Assembly: GCA_024277375.1 (NCBI GenBank)
Contig: JAJRVD010000062.1
Coordinates: forward strand, 1-55,711
Direction of reading: 5' to 3'
Origin: Candidatus Omnitrophota bacterium
Lineage (GTDB): Bacteria > Omnitrophota > Gorgyraeia > Tantalellales > Tantalellaceae
Length of the DNA stretch: 55,711 bases
Part shown: positions 26,918 through 39,132 of the stretch, in pieces
How positions within the stretch are numbered: position 1 is the first letter of the stretch
How the letters are laid out: the number at the start of each line of letters is the position of its first letter
Notes under the pieces: generated by a model
Seen by the model: the letters and a program-made list of their open reading frames with translations, nothing else
The model's database searches: none
Told to the model about the DNA's origin: nothing
Translations under genes and position numbers: made by a program

Positions 26918-28438
26918 CTATTTTTGCTCTTCTATTTTATTAAGCAATTCTTCCGAAGCGTTCCCGTCTTCCGGAAAAGTCGCTATTTTGTAAGTGATCT
27001 TAACTTGCTCTTCGGGATATTCCCGCGCCAGAGCCTCATTGACTATATGGCTGATCCTACCAGCTAAAACTTCGGCTCCTTCTTTCTCTGTAGCGGGAAG
27101 CATAACCAATATCGCTCGAGTATCCTTGATCGCGACGTCGGCCTTACGACGAAGGTTATTCTTGACCATGTCGTCTATAAGGTTGATCACTTTCAAAGTC
27201 TTTTGAGACCCGGATTTTTCCTGCAACGCGTAATAATTCTCTACGTCAAAGAACATTATAGATAAAGATGTTCCCTGCTCGTTCGCCTCCTCTATACCAT
27301 TAGTTACGCTCTCGGCGAAAACCTCCATAAGTGTATACTTCGGCAAAACAAAGACGAATTTCGTACCTTTACCCAATTCACTGTCAACTTCTACCTTCGC
27401 TTTATGTAATTCAATAATTCCCTTAACGATCGAAAGCCCTAACCCCGTGCCTTTTTCTCCGGCACCGTCGGTACGGCTGAATTGGCTGAATTTGGAAAAC
27501 ACCTCCGACATATCTTCTTTACTTATACCGACACCTGAATCAGCGACATAACATTCCACTTTGTCCCCTTTATCTTCCACCGATACATCAATGTATCCTT
27601 CTTTAGTGAATTTGACCGCGTTACCGATCAAATTGGTGAACACCTGCACTATCTTATCCTTATCCACGTATACCTCAACTTTTTCTTCGGGCAAATGTAA
27701 TCTCAGCTCTAAGCCAAGACCCTCAATTCGTTTTATAAAAGAAAGTCCAACCCCTCTCACCAAAGTAGAGATATCAACTATCGTTCGATGTAACTCAACT
27801 TTCTTCGCCTCGATTTTCGAGACATCCAGAAGATTGTTTATTATACGTCGAAGGCGGTCTATATCTTCAAGCGCTATTGATAAGAACTCTCTCTGGTCTT
27901 CTGTCGTCTCTCCGAGTATCCCTTCTAAAACCTGGCTAACACCTTCGCGTATGGATGTTAAGGGCGTGCGCAATTCATGTGATACTGTTGAGAGAAAATC
28001 AGATTTCAATTGATCAAGCTTACGTAACTCTTTGTTCTTTTCTTCCAGTTCTTTATAAAGAAGTTTTATGGCGTCATTTGTTTTCTTGAGTCCCCAGGTC
28101 TGCGCGTCCAATTCATCCATGAACACCCACATCATCTTCGCGGCGGGTCCGCCTATTACATCTACTTGATCAGACTTTTCTTTCTCGAGAGCCGCATAAA
28201 CTTCAACGCTTCCGGTGACATCTATGATCCCGTCCAGAGAGGGGTCTTTTATAAGGCTTCGCCAATCAGAATCGACAGGTATCTTAAGCTTAGCGGCCCT
28301 TTTTATCCCGGGCGCGTCGGGCCTGGGGTCAACAACACCTATTATGTTCACCAGTTCATCCCGGCTTAAAACATCGATAAGAGCGTCCCCGCCTTTACCC
28401 GCGCCGACTATAAGTATGTTAGTTTTTTTGTTTCCCAT
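26918..28438 (-). CDS. Cytoplasmic histidine kinase: Rossmann-like N-terminus, HisKA, HATPase, degenerate GGDEF-like C-terminus
   Basis: NILIVGAGKGGDAL dinucleotide-fold motif; H-box SHELRTPLTSI; G-box GTGLGLSIVKG; C-terminal ~150 aa are GGDEF-like but lack GGDEF (RRKADVAIKDTRAILVML). No TM segments. Confidence 0.8.
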   Translation of the reverse strand: MGNKKTNILIVGAGKGGDALIDVLSRDELVNIIGVVDPRPDAPGIKRAAKLKIPVDSDWRSLIKDPSLDGIIDVTGSVEVYAALEKEKSDQVDVIGGPAAKMMWVFMDELDAQTWGLKKTNDAIKLLYKELEEKNKELRKLDQLKSDFLSTVSHELRTPLTSIREGVSQVLEGILGETTEDQREFLSIALEDIDRLRRIINNLLDVSKIEAKKVELHRTIVDISTLVRGVGLSFIKRIEGLGLELRLHLPEEKVEVYVDKDKIVQVFTNLIGNAVKFTKEGYIDVSVEDKGDKVECYVADSGVGISKEDMSEVFSKFSQFSRTDGAGEKGTGLGLSIVKGIIELHKAKVEVDSELGKGTKFVFVLPKYTLMEVFAESVTNGIEEANEQGTSLSIMFFDVENYYALQEKSGSQKTLKVINLIDDMVKNNLRRKADVAIKDTRAILVMLPATEKEGAEVLAGRISHIVNEALAREYPEEQVKITYKIATFPEDGNASEELLNKIEEQK

Positions 28439-28800
28439 TATTTTATGAGCCTTTTAACCGCCTCTACCAGGTTGGCGGAATCGCTTGTTTTTACACAATA
28501 ATCATCCGCACCGGATTTTCGTGCTTTTATCGCGTCAACCGCGTCAATTGCCCCGGTCATCACTATGATCTTCAGACCCTCCGGACCTTGTTCCCGTATC
28601 TGACGACATACCTCGAACCCGTCAATACCCGGGAGCATGGTATCGGTAATCACAAGATCCGGGTTTTCAATACCGGCCTTCTCTACCCCTTCTTCCCCGG
28701 TCTCGGCCGTAACAATATCTTCAAACCCCGCTTTTTTTAAGAACCTGGTCATTATTTTCAGATCCTGCTCGTTATCGTCTACGACTAATAGTCTGGCCAT
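28438..28800 (-). CDS. Single-domain response regulator
   Basis: 120 aa. LLVVDDNE, LVITDTMLPGIDG, KSGADDY. Confidence 0.9.
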   Translation of the reverse strand: MARLLVVDDNEQDLKIMTRFLKKAGFEDIVTAETGEEGVEKAGIENPDLVITDTMLPGIDGFEVCRQIREQGPEGLKIIVMTGAIDAVDAIKARKSGADDYCVKTSDSANLVEAVKRLIK

Positions 28801-28888
28801 GTGTCCTCCGTGTGTCTTCCATTATACCGGGAACAGTCCACGCGCGGCTTCGCCGCTTGGGACAGTCCCCTGGCGAACTCAACAAGCT

Positions 28889-29368
28889 CTAATCCTTACA
28901 ATTTTCCGGGTTTGGTAATTTGTTTATGGTATTCCAATAAACACCAAACCCCTCGATCACTTTTACGAATTCCCGATAATCGATCGGTTTCTGTATGAAA
29001 CTTGCCGCGCCGTCCTTATAACTCTTAACCACATCTTCATCCTCTTTGGAAGACGTCAGCATAATAACGGGTATAAAATTATAATCCGAGTTAGCTTTGA
29101 TCTTCTTCAGAAGCCCGAAGCCGTCCATTTTAGGCATTTTAATATCAAGCAAGATAAGGTCGGGACGCGGAAATTTTACTTTATCTTCATATCTCCCTTT
29201 ATGATCAAGATAATCCAGAGCTTCCTCACCATTGTTAACCACATAAATATTGCTCTTCAGTTCCGCTTCGGCAAAAGCCCTCAAGGCTATTTTGATATCC
29301 GTCTGGCTATCCTCCACAAGAAGAATATCAATTGATTTAGCGTTATTTTGTTTAGACTTGTCCGTCAT
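28889..29368 (-). CDS. Single-domain response regulator (Rcp1-like)
   Basis: 159 aa. ILLVEDSQTD, LILLDIKMPKMDG, LTSSKEDEDV, QKP. Confidence 0.9.
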   Translation of the reverse strand: MTDKSKQNNAKSIDILLVEDSQTDIKIALRAFAEAELKSNIYVVNNGEEALDYLDHKGRYEDKVKFPRPDLILLDIKMPKMDGFGLLKKIKANSDYNFIPVIMLTSSKEDEDVVKSYKDGAASFIQKPIDYREFVKVIEGFGVYWNTINKLPNPENCKD

Positions 29369-29377
29369 TTTTTCTCC

Positions 29378-31339
29378 TTATGCGACTTTATTCTCAGGAT
29401 TTTTAGGTATCGTAAAACAAAAGTCAGCGCCTTTGCCAATATCTGATTCGATCCAAATTTTTCCACCATGCTCATCAATAACACGCTTAACTATGCTAAG
29501 CCCCGCACCGGTACCCTCGAACTCTTTTGTGGTATGCAGTCTTTTGAATATGCCGAACACCTGGTCCTGATGCTCGGGCGCGATACCTATCCCGTTGTCC
29601 TTAATATGAAACCTGTGAAACACACCTTCATCTCTATACCCTATTTCTATTTTCGGATCGTCCTTATCGTTCTTTGAGGAAAATTTTATGCCGTTGTTTA
29701 TAAGATTCAAAAACACCTCTGTCATCTTTATCCTGTCACATCTAATGATCGGCATCTTATCCTCCATAACAAATGTCACATTATGCTCTTTTATGTCAAA
29801 CTCTATCCGCTTTTTCACTTCCTCTATTATGGCGTTTATGTCTGTATCCTCATAGGGGTTCTGAATTCTCGATATGCGCGATAAGGCCAAAAGGTCTTCT
29901 ATAAGGCTATTCATGCGGTTAGCGCCTTCTCGTATCTCTTTGAGATGATCTTTCCCCTCATCATCGAGTTTATCCTTATAGTCTTCTTCAAGAAAACTCG
30001 CGAATGAAGAAATACCTCTTAACGGCGCGCGCAGGTCATGGCTGGCGGTATATGTGAAACTATCCAACTCTTTATGCGCTTTTTCAAGCAGGTGATGCTG
30101 TTCCTCAAGTTCCGCTTTTTGCGCCTCGACATTAGCCTTCGCTTCCACAAGACTATCCGTCATCACGTTAAATGACCGCGCTAACTCTCCTATCTCGTCC
30201 GACGAAGTCACTCTCGCCCTTGCCGATAAATTTCCGCCGGCGATAGTACCGGAGACCTCTGTCAATTTCTTGATAGGACCGGATACTGAATTCGCGATAA
30301 CAACCGCCATAGCTACCACCATCACCAGAAGGACCGCTCCTACCAGAAACAACTTGTTTCTTAATCTATTTGCTGAAGCGAATATCTCGGTAGTAGCCAT
30401 TTTCACCACTATACCCCATCTGAAAGACGGCAAATACTTCCATACGCTTGATACTTTTTCTCCGCGGTAGTCAATTGAAACCCCGCAGCCCTTTTCCCCT
30501 TGAGCGGCCCTCTGTATATCAAGTCCTTTTTCTGACCCCATTTGTATTTTTTTTCTGGGGTCTCCCTCGCTATCAAACCTTCCGGGTGTTATAAACACCA
30601 CTTCCTCTTTTATCTTAGATACAATGATCGTCTCACCGGTCTCGCCCAGTCCGGTATAATCCTGAACAAGCTCATGGACCCCTTCGGTACCCATCTGAAC
30701 GACAACGACACCGAGAACCTCCATCCCCCTGAAAACGGGTGCCGATATAAAAACCGCGCCTTCTCCGGTTTCAGGGTCGTGCTCAAAATCCGATATTTCT
30801 GTCTCCTCCGACATATTTGTCTTCATGAAGACTTTGATCAGCTGAGAATCTCTTTGCGAACCCGCGGCATAGATCGACTTGATATCCTTATCCACTTTGC
30901 TCGAGAAAAGGATGTCCCCGTAAGGATTGATCAGGAAAATATTATCGTACCCGGCTGATTTTTGATAGTATTCCAGTAGCGGACGAAACTTCCTATCCAC
31001 AGCCTCGTACTCCATCGACCCGATAGAGCCCTTATCGACTTCTGATCCGAACTGCTCTATAGCGTCAACAACATCCTGCATACTGGCTAACATCGTTACA
31101 TTCTTTTCTCTTTCATGGAGATAAGCCTCAACTCTACCGGCTTTATTGTCAGCTACCGCCATAAGACTATTCGCGACTTCATCTTCCAGGGCCACTCTTG
31201 AACTTTTATAGCTGATATAAGTGACAGTTATCAACTGGACTAAAGCGATCAACAGGAACCATAGTACAAATTTAGTGGTTATTCGTAAATTTTTAGTTTT
31301 TTTAAGCGGCGACATAAGCGATGACCTTCTTCCTTGCAC
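29378..31339 (-). CDS. Membrane sensor histidine kinase (dCache, HAMP, HisKA, HATPase)
   Basis: TM, ~290-aa periplasmic Cache-like region, TM, HAMP (SDEIGELARSFNVM), H-box SHDLRAPLRGI, G-box GTGAGLSIVKR. Confidence 0.85.
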   Translation of the reverse strand: MQGRRSSLMSPLKKTKNLRITTKFVLWFLLIALVQLITVTYISYKSSRVALEDEVANSLMAVADNKAGRVEAYLHEREKNVTMLASMQDVVDAIEQFGSEVDKGSIGSMEYEAVDRKFRPLLEYYQKSAGYDNIFLINPYGDILFSSKVDKDIKSIYAAGSQRDSQLIKVFMKTNMSEETEISDFEHDPETGEGAVFISAPVFRGMEVLGVVVVQMGTEGVHELVQDYTGLGETGETIIVSKIKEEVVFITPGRFDSEGDPRKKIQMGSEKGLDIQRAAQGEKGCGVSIDYRGEKVSSVWKYLPSFRWGIVVKMATTEIFASANRLRNKLFLVGAVLLVMVVAMAVVIANSVSGPIKKLTEVSGTIAGGNLSARARVTSSDEIGELARSFNVMTDSLVEAKANVEAQKAELEEQHHLLEKAHKELDSFTYTASHDLRAPLRGISSFASFLEEDYKDKLDDEGKDHLKEIREGANRMNSLIEDLLALSRISRIQNPYEDTDINAIIEEVKKRIEFDIKEHNVTFVMEDKMPIIRCDRIKMTEVFLNLINNGIKFSSKNDKDDPKIEIGYRDEGVFHRFHIKDNGIGIAPEHQDQVFGIFKRLHTTKEFEGTGAGLSIVKRVIDEHGGKIWIESDIGKGADFCFTIPKNPENKVA

Positions 31340-31402
31340 ATTAGTTACAATAAGAAGTATACTCAGGCCCTATACCATAGTCAAATTTAGTAATAAAATA
31401 GA

Positions 31403-31626
31403 TAGACTTCTGCAAAACGCTGTTTTTTCAATCAGACTGTGTCATAATACGGGAGATTGAAATATGCTGTAGGGGCTTGATTCATCAAGCCCGTTATATC
31501 GGGTTTGATGAATCGAACCCCTACAATATATTGTGTGCGGTCATCCGCCGATATATTGTATGCGGCCATCCACAAAACGAATTACGACACAGTCCGAATA
31601 ACGGAAGGTTTATTTTGTATAACCCT
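31403..31626 (+). mobile_element. MITE-like element carrying a REPIN core, with an internal 24-nt duplication
   Basis: TAGACTTCTGCAAAACGCTG.., core 31469-31524, right arm with tandem ATATATTGTGTGCGGTCATCCGCC / ATATATTGTATGCGGCCATCCACA, ..TTTTGTATAACCCT. Confidence 0.8.
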
Positions 31627-31652
31627 AAGTGAAACAGAAGAGAAGAAGACGT

Positions 31653-32030
31653 TCATTTAAACCGTACAGCCATTTCGATCTTATTGATAAGTTCTTTCCT
31701 GTCAACAGGCTTTACCATATAGTCCACAACCCCAAGCTTATACGCGTTGAGTTTGTCCTTATCTTTCTCAAGAGCCGATACAATGATGATAGATGTTCTC
31801 TTGCCTACCGGATCCGCGTTTAACATCTCGCATACTTCCATCCCGCCTACTGACGGCATAAGAAGGTCCAAAAGCAATACATCCGGTTTAAATCTGTTTA
31901 CCTCGGCAACAATATTCTTCGTGTTCGATAAGGTTAATACCTCATATTCACCTGCTGACTCCAGATTAAGCTTTACTATCCTGAGAAAATCTTGTTCGTC
32001 ATCAACCACCATTACTTTCTTTTTATCCAT
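31653..32030 (-). CDS. Single-domain response regulator
   Basis: 125 aa. VMVVDDEQ, VLLLDLLMPSVGG, VKPV. Confidence 0.9.
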   Translation of the reverse strand: MDKKKVMVVDDEQDFLRIVKLNLESAGEYEVLTLSNTKNIVAEVNRFKPDVLLLDLLMPSVGGMEVCEMLNADPVGKRTSIIIVSALEKDKDKLNAYKLGVVDYMVKPVDRKELINKIEMAVRFK

Positions 32031-32031
32031 G

Positions 32032-34488
32032 TCACCCTCCGCTATGTATCTTTAAAGTTAAAGAAACCTTTACTCCCCCATCGATCCTGTTCTCAATACC
32101 GATAAACCCCCTATGCAGGTCGATAATATTTTTTGTAACCGATAGCCCCATCCCCGTCCCGTCTTTAGGACCTTTTGTCGAAAAAAACGGGTCAAATATT
32201 TTTTGGAGATTATCTTCAGAAATACTTGCTCCGGTATCTTCTATCTCAACAATAACAGCTTCTTCCCCGAGATCAAAAGTATCGGTATCCCTCCGGCCGA
32301 CACCGTCACCGGGGGCATCCAGTTTTTTTTGACAAGAGCGTATAAAGAGCTTACCTCCATCAGGCATAGCCTGGATCGCGTTCAAAAAAAGATTAACGAA
32401 CACCTGTTCCATCTTCCCCTTATCGCCCGCAACACTCGGTAAATTTTTATCAAGGTCCTCGACAATCTCGATATTCTTAAGATTCACCCTGTGCCGCACT
32501 AGAACCAGAGAGACCTTTATTATATCGTTTATATCCTCTGCCTTCAGAGTCACTTTTGTTGCCCTGGAATACTCAACGAGTGTACCTATGATATTGTCGG
32601 CTCGCTTTATGTTCTTTACCATCATATCCAGAATCTCGGAATCATCTTCACTTAATTCAAGCTTTCCCTCTAGATAATTAACTCCCTGCAGGACTATACC
32701 TAACGGATTTTTAACTTCATGCGCTACGCCACTCGCTAACTGACCGATAGCTTTAAGTTTCTCTCCCTGTATAACTTGCTCCTGCGCTTCCTTAAGCTTC
32801 GCGTACGCTTCTTTGACTTTGTTGCCTTCTTTTTTTCGCTCTTCCTCAACACCGACAGCCTGCGATAGGATGGTAAGTACTTTCTTTTCATCGTCATCAA
32901 AATCTCTGTCTTCGTCATATACAACACATAAGGAACCCACCGGAATATCGTTCTCCCTTACGACATACGCGAGATATGTCTTGAGCCCGTATCGGGCAAT
33001 AGCGGGATCCAATTCCGCGTATTTTGACTCATCAAGATCTTTGACGACATATGGCTCGTTCAGATCGGCGGCAATAACATCGACACATATGTGCCCTTCT
33101 TTCGGAGATTCTTTCGCGAATCCTTCCGGAATATTCCATCCGGCTTCGGTACGCAATACCTCACCGTCCAGTTTGTTATAGAACACACACTTACCGCCAA
33201 AAATAGACCCTACGGCATTGACGACAAGCTGTATGTTCTCCCCGGGGTCCGGTCCAAAATTTAAAAAACACTTATTTATCTTGTCCAGATCAGCTTCCAT
33301 TTTCTTCAGCAATGTAATGTTCTGTGCCGTACACGCCGTTGAGATCACCTCACCGTCGGAGTTCTTCATCGCGGAAGAGTTGAACAGCATATTGATGTTT
33401 CTACCGTCCTTAGTCCTGTACGTCACTTCCCAGTTAAAGCATTTGGTCGAGGATATCGCGTTAAGAATAGACTTTTGCCAATCTCCGGTTTTTCCGGGAT
33501 TTTCGGTCTGAGAATTTGCCCCCCTCTCGTCTAAAGCTGCCGCGAAAATAGACCCGATAGGCCTGCCTACAAGCTCTTCCTCGGCATACCCCAACAAGTT
33601 AAGTAAAGCCTGATTAACGGTCATTATCACTCCATCCGCGTTAACAACGACCAATGTATCGTTCATGGAAGAAAGAATACTGTCAACATAATTTTTCTCA
33701 ATTTCTATAGCATCTTGGGAACACTGCACTTCTTCCACCATATGATTAAACGCCTCTTTTAATTCTCCGATTTCATCATCTGTTTCTACCTCTATTTTTC
33801 CGTCCAGATCCCCGGCGGCAATACGTTTTGCCGCTGTTACCAATTCAAAGATCGGCCGAGCCAACGCCCTACTCATGAAAATAGCGGCCCCGGCGGTCAC
33901 AACAATGGAAACAAACAATACAACCGCCAATACCCTCTGAGACTCATCTATGTTTCCGAGAAGATCTTCTTTCTTCTTCGCGATCTTGTCGGTCACGTAA
34001 TGTAGCGTACTATTGCTTAACTCATTCATACGAATGAGCGCGTTTTGCGCGATTCTTTTCATCTCTTTTCCGGACGCGCCATATTTGTACCCCGTCTTAA
34101 CTTCCGTTGCGTAAAGAAACGCAACCTGCCTGAAAGTCAACATTTCATCGGCGAGAGAATCTAAGTTGCGTAGCTCCCCGACGTAAATACCCGATGCTTT
34201 CATCTCATTGACTTTCCGTAACGCCTTATCAAGAAGCAGCATTACGGGCGAAATAACTTCACTCTCGCCTGTTTGGTACCTATTAAAAGCGCTTTCGATC
34301 TCTCTTATCACTTCAGACAACTCATACCAATTGTTTAAACGTGACTCCTGTACAACCACTATCTCATCGACCCTCTCGGCATTCCTCTCCATGATCAGGT
34401 AAGCATAAACACTTACCCCGATGATCATGAACAACATGACTGAGAATGCCAAGTTACGAGCACTGCGAAAAGGCATAACCATATTCAA
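32032..34488 (-). CDS. Membrane sensor histidine kinase (HAMP, PAS, GAF, HisKA, HATPase)
   Basis: 818 aa. Two TM segments flank a helical sensor region. HAMP (DDEIGELKEAFNHM), PAS-like and GAF-like segments, H-box AHEVKNPLGIV, G-box GTGMGLSVTKN. Confidence 0.85.
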   Translation of the reverse strand: MNMVMPFRSARNLAFSVMLFMIIGVSVYAYLIMERNAERVDEIVVVQESRLNNWYELSEVIREIESAFNRYQTGESEVISPVMLLLDKALRKVNEMKASGIYVGELRNLDSLADEMLTFRQVAFLYATEVKTGYKYGASGKEMKRIAQNALIRMNELSNSTLHYVTDKIAKKKEDLLGNIDESQRVLAVVLFVSIVVTAGAAIFMSRALARPIFELVTAAKRIAAGDLDGKIEVETDDEIGELKEAFNHMVEEVQCSQDAIEIEKNYVDSILSSMNDTLVVVNADGVIMTVNQALLNLLGYAEEELVGRPIGSIFAAALDERGANSQTENPGKTGDWQKSILNAISSTKCFNWEVTYRTKDGRNINMLFNSSAMKNSDGEVISTACTAQNITLLKKMEADLDKINKCFLNFGPDPGENIQLVVNAVGSIFGGKCVFYNKLDGEVLRTEAGWNIPEGFAKESPKEGHICVDVIAADLNEPYVVKDLDESKYAELDPAIARYGLKTYLAYVVRENDIPVGSLCVVYDEDRDFDDDEKKVLTILSQAVGVEEERKKEGNKVKEAYAKLKEAQEQVIQGEKLKAIGQLASGVAHEVKNPLGIVLQGVNYLEGKLELSEDDSEILDMMVKNIKRADNIIGTLVEYSRATKVTLKAEDINDIIKVSLVLVRHRVNLKNIEIVEDLDKNLPSVAGDKGKMEQVFVNLFLNAIQAMPDGGKLFIRSCQKKLDAPGDGVGRRDTDTFDLGEEAVIVEIEDTGASISEDNLQKIFDPFFSTKGPKDGTGMGLSVTKNIIDLHRGFIGIENRIDGGVKVSLTLKIHSGG

Positions 34489-34513
34489 TTTCCTCTAAAG
34501 TTACACGTACGGA

Positions 34514-35437
34514 TTATTCGGGGTTACCACTGTAATCCTCGGGATTTATACCCAGGTCTTTCATCGCCTTACAAAGCAAATCATAATCCTCATTTTTAGT
34601 TTCTATAAATTTTATCGCGCCAAACTTTTTCAAGATCTTTTTGCCCTCTTCGGTTTTATCAAGATCCACTAGCAGTTCTTTCAGCCTGTTCTTTACCGCG
34701 GGATCCATATCTTTCTTCACCGCCAGCCCATTTGATGGAACCTCAAAAGATTCGGCCAATACGACCATATTTTCCCTGAAATCAGGAAATTTTTCGCATA
34801 GAGAATCATAAACATGATTTTTGCAAAAGCCCACATCCACCTCACCCGTATATACAGACCAGGCCGCGGCGTCATGAGACCCGGCAAAGTAAACTCCCGA
34901 GAAATAATCTTCTATCCCCTCTATTCCCATTATTCCATGTTCTTTGAAATAAACCAGGGGGAAGATATAACCTGCCGTAGTAGCGCGATGCACTAAAGCG
35001 ACAGATTTTCCCTTCATATCGTCTACCGTCTTTATCCCGCTGTATTTACGCGTCAACAATAGCCCCGAATACGTGGAGCTTCCGTCACGCCAAACCGGAC
35101 GCGCGATAACTTCAACACCTGCCCTGGCATGTGCCAGAACATAGCCAAAACTTCCAAAAAACGCCATGTCCGCGGCATCATCCAGAAAAACATCCGACAT
35201 AAGACCGTAATCATATACCGGATTTATCCTGACGATAACATTCATCTTCCCCGAAAGGTATTCGGCAATATGTCTATACCGCTCTTTTTGTTCGACAATA
35301 TTCTTCTCCGGAACCAGAGCGATTATAAGCTCGTCTCTCTGATGGGCTTCCGCTTTTTCGGAACCAACCATGCCAAACGCGATTAAAGAAAACAACACCA
35401 CACCGGACATTACTGATCTACAACCCATACTCGACAT
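34514..35437 (-). CDS. PhnD-like periplasmic substrate-binding protein
   Basis: Signal peptide; LIIALVPE, FFGSFGYV and ATTAGYIFP patterns typical of the phosphonate-type SBP fold. No ABC permease or ATPase nearby. Confidence 0.6.
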   Translation of the reverse strand: MSSMGCRSVMSGVVLFSLIAFGMVGSEKAEAHQRDELIIALVPEKNIVEQKERYRHIAEYLSGKMNVIVRINPVYDYGLMSDVFLDDAADMAFFGSFGYVLAHARAGVEVIARPVWRDGSSTYSGLLLTRKYSGIKTVDDMKGKSVALVHRATTAGYIFPLVYFKEHGIMGIEGIEDYFSGVYFAGSHDAAAWSVYTGEVDVGFCKNHVYDSLCEKFPDFRENMVVLAESFEVPSNGLAVKKDMDPAVKNRLKELLVDLDKTEEGKKILKKFGAIKFIETKNEDYDLLCKAMKDLGINPEDYSGNPE

Positions 35438-35460
35438 AACACATTTCCTTTTGGATAAAG

Positions 35461-36339
35461 TTACTGTTTTTTTTCAAACCTCAAACTGAGATCCTCAGAC
35501 ACGTCTCCGGAGCCGTAAAGAGGTTGCGCCGTTTCAGCATCCGGTTTCCTTCCTGCCGTTTCATAACGAGAAACGCCGAATAGATATCTACCGGAAACGT
35601 CAAGCTGTACGTCGTCTTTGTTGCCGGTTTTGAGTTTTCTGCCGAATTCTATTGTCCACGCTCCGTCCCTCCAGAGGCCCTTGGCCCTAATATCCGCGCG
35701 ACTTCCGAAAGGTTCTTTGACTTTATACCTGGGAACCACATCACTCCTATATCCTATCTGAACTTTGGTTTTATAGGCAGGGCGGCCCTTATCCCCTTGC
35801 CGCACCAGGTACATCGTCCCTCCATTCCCGTCTAAGACAGGGAGAGAATCTTCTGTTTTTTCTACACTCAGGATCTGGATCTTATCATCCGCGTATCCGG
35901 ACGGATCCGTTCTGCACGCCTTCCAGTACCAAGTATCCGCGCGGTATTCCGTACCTCCGCGTATGCTTAGATCTACGGGATGCGGCTCCATATTCCACTT
36001 AATGACAAAGCAATCTTCTCGGTCACCTCCGACGGTATATAATTTTATAATTTCGTCCCATACCCAGCTCTTATGTGTACGGGATTCGTCCTCATCAGGA
36101 AAACTAACTAAGAAAAATATCTCACTATCGGTGTAGACGCTTTTTAGGCTGATATCGATATCGGCTACTTTATCATGAGTAAATATTTCTTCAGCATTCT
36201 TCCACACGTCATCCGAGCCTATGCCATCGATCACCGGAGGATTATCCACTTTCTTAGCCGTAAGCGTCTGGGAAGCATGGCAAACAACGTGAAGACATAA
36301 ACATATCACAAACATGAGTATAAATCTCTTTTTTTGCAT
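35461..36339 (-). CDS. Secreted EB_dh/DOMON-like (CBM9-like) domain protein
   Basis: Signal peptide, then KKVDNPPVIDGIGSDDVWKNAEE.., typical of ethylbenzene-dehydrogenase-like haem-binding / CBM9-like domains. Confidence 0.45.
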   Translation of the reverse strand: MQKKRFILMFVICLCLHVVCHASQTLTAKKVDNPPVIDGIGSDDVWKNAEEIFTHDKVADIDISLKSVYTDSEIFFLVSFPDEDESRTHKSWVWDEIIKLYTVGGDREDCFVIKWNMEPHPVDLSIRGGTEYRADTWYWKACRTDPSGYADDKIQILSVEKTEDSLPVLDGNGGTMYLVRQGDKGRPAYKTKVQIGYRSDVVPRYKVKEPFGSRADIRAKGLWRDGAWTIEFGRKLKTGNKDDVQLDVSGRYLFGVSRYETAGRKPDAETAQPLYGSGDVSEDLSLRFEKKQ

Positions 36340-36342
36340 AAG

Positions 36343-36723
36343 CTATTCTCCCAACACCTTCTCGATCGAGCTGAGAAGATCACCAAACTCGATAGGCTTC
36401 ACTAAAAAATCCAGAACGCCTAAGTTACGCGCCTGCTCTTTTGCGTCTTTTTCGTCCACAGCGGAAACAATGATGACAGGAACATCCTTTCCGATAGGAT
36501 TCTCTTTCAGCATCTGGCAGGCTTCAAACCCCCCTACCCCCGGCATAAGAATATCGAGCAATATAAGATCCGGACTGAATACGCGTAATAGCGGCAACAT
36601 ATCATCAGCGTACTGGATCACCTTAACATCGTATTTACCCGTCTCCTCCAAGTTTATTTTGACTATTCTTAAGAAAGCCCTCTCATCATCGATAACCATT
36701 ATTTTCTTCTTTTCCATAAGCAC
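36343..36723 (-). CDS. Single-domain response regulator
   Basis: 126 aa. IMVIDDER, LILLDILMPGVGG, VKPI. Confidence 0.9.
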   Translation of the reverse strand: MLMEKKKIMVIDDERAFLRIVKINLEETGKYDVKVIQYADDMLPLLRVFSPDLILLDILMPGVGGFEACQMLKENPIGKDVPVIIVSAVDEKDAKEQARNLGVLDFLVKPIEFGDLLSSIEKVLGE

Positions 36724-36748
36724 ACTATCCTCCCTTTTCTACCGTTCA

Positions 36749-36950
36749 TAGCCTCACACAAAACGCTGTTTTTTTAATCAGACGGTGTAATAGTGTAGGG
36801 GCTTGATTCATCAAGCCCTTTATATCGGGTTCGATGAATCGAACCCCTACAATATATGTATGCGACCGTCAGCAAAGCGATATATGTATGCGACCGTCAG
36901 CAAAACGACGACACAGTCCGAATGACGAAAGTTCCATTTTGCAGGATCCT
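36749..36950 (+). mobile_element. MITE-like element carrying a REPIN core, with an internal ~27-nt duplication
   Basis: TAGCCTCACACAAAACGCTG.., core 36795-36850, tandem ATATATGTATGCGACCGTCAGCAAA x2, ..TTTTGCAGGATCCT. Confidence 0.8.
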
Positions 36951-37026
36951 TAACCGTTCAGCGCTCTACCATCACATATCTATTGAGTATACCCATGCGG
37001 CACATAATATTGCAAATTTTAATATG

Positions 37027-39021
<1,995 letters not shown>

Positions 39022-39072
39022 TCATTCCGCCTTTCTGAACTTCATATGCTATCCCGAACAGCACACAAAGTT

Positions 39073-39128
39073 GCAGGGGCTTGATTTATCAAGCCCTCTT
39101 TAACGGGTTCGATAAATCGAACCCTTAC
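39073..39128 (+). repeat. Degenerate REPIN core only
   Basis: GCAGGGGCTTGATTTATCAAGCCC-tctttaac-GGGTTCGATAAATCGAACCCTTAC, between ligA and polX. Confidence 0.8.
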
Positions 39129-39132
39129 ACTA

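Noticed and set aside
29368-29380. Neighbouring genes in the same frame across a stop (HK 29378-31339 / RR 28889-29368; also 36339/36343), considered as further read-through candidates
   Set aside because: Each upstream protein ends at a normal domain boundary. Each downstream gene starts with its own ATG and a complete receiver or signal-peptide N-terminus. The frame coincidence is expected by chance.
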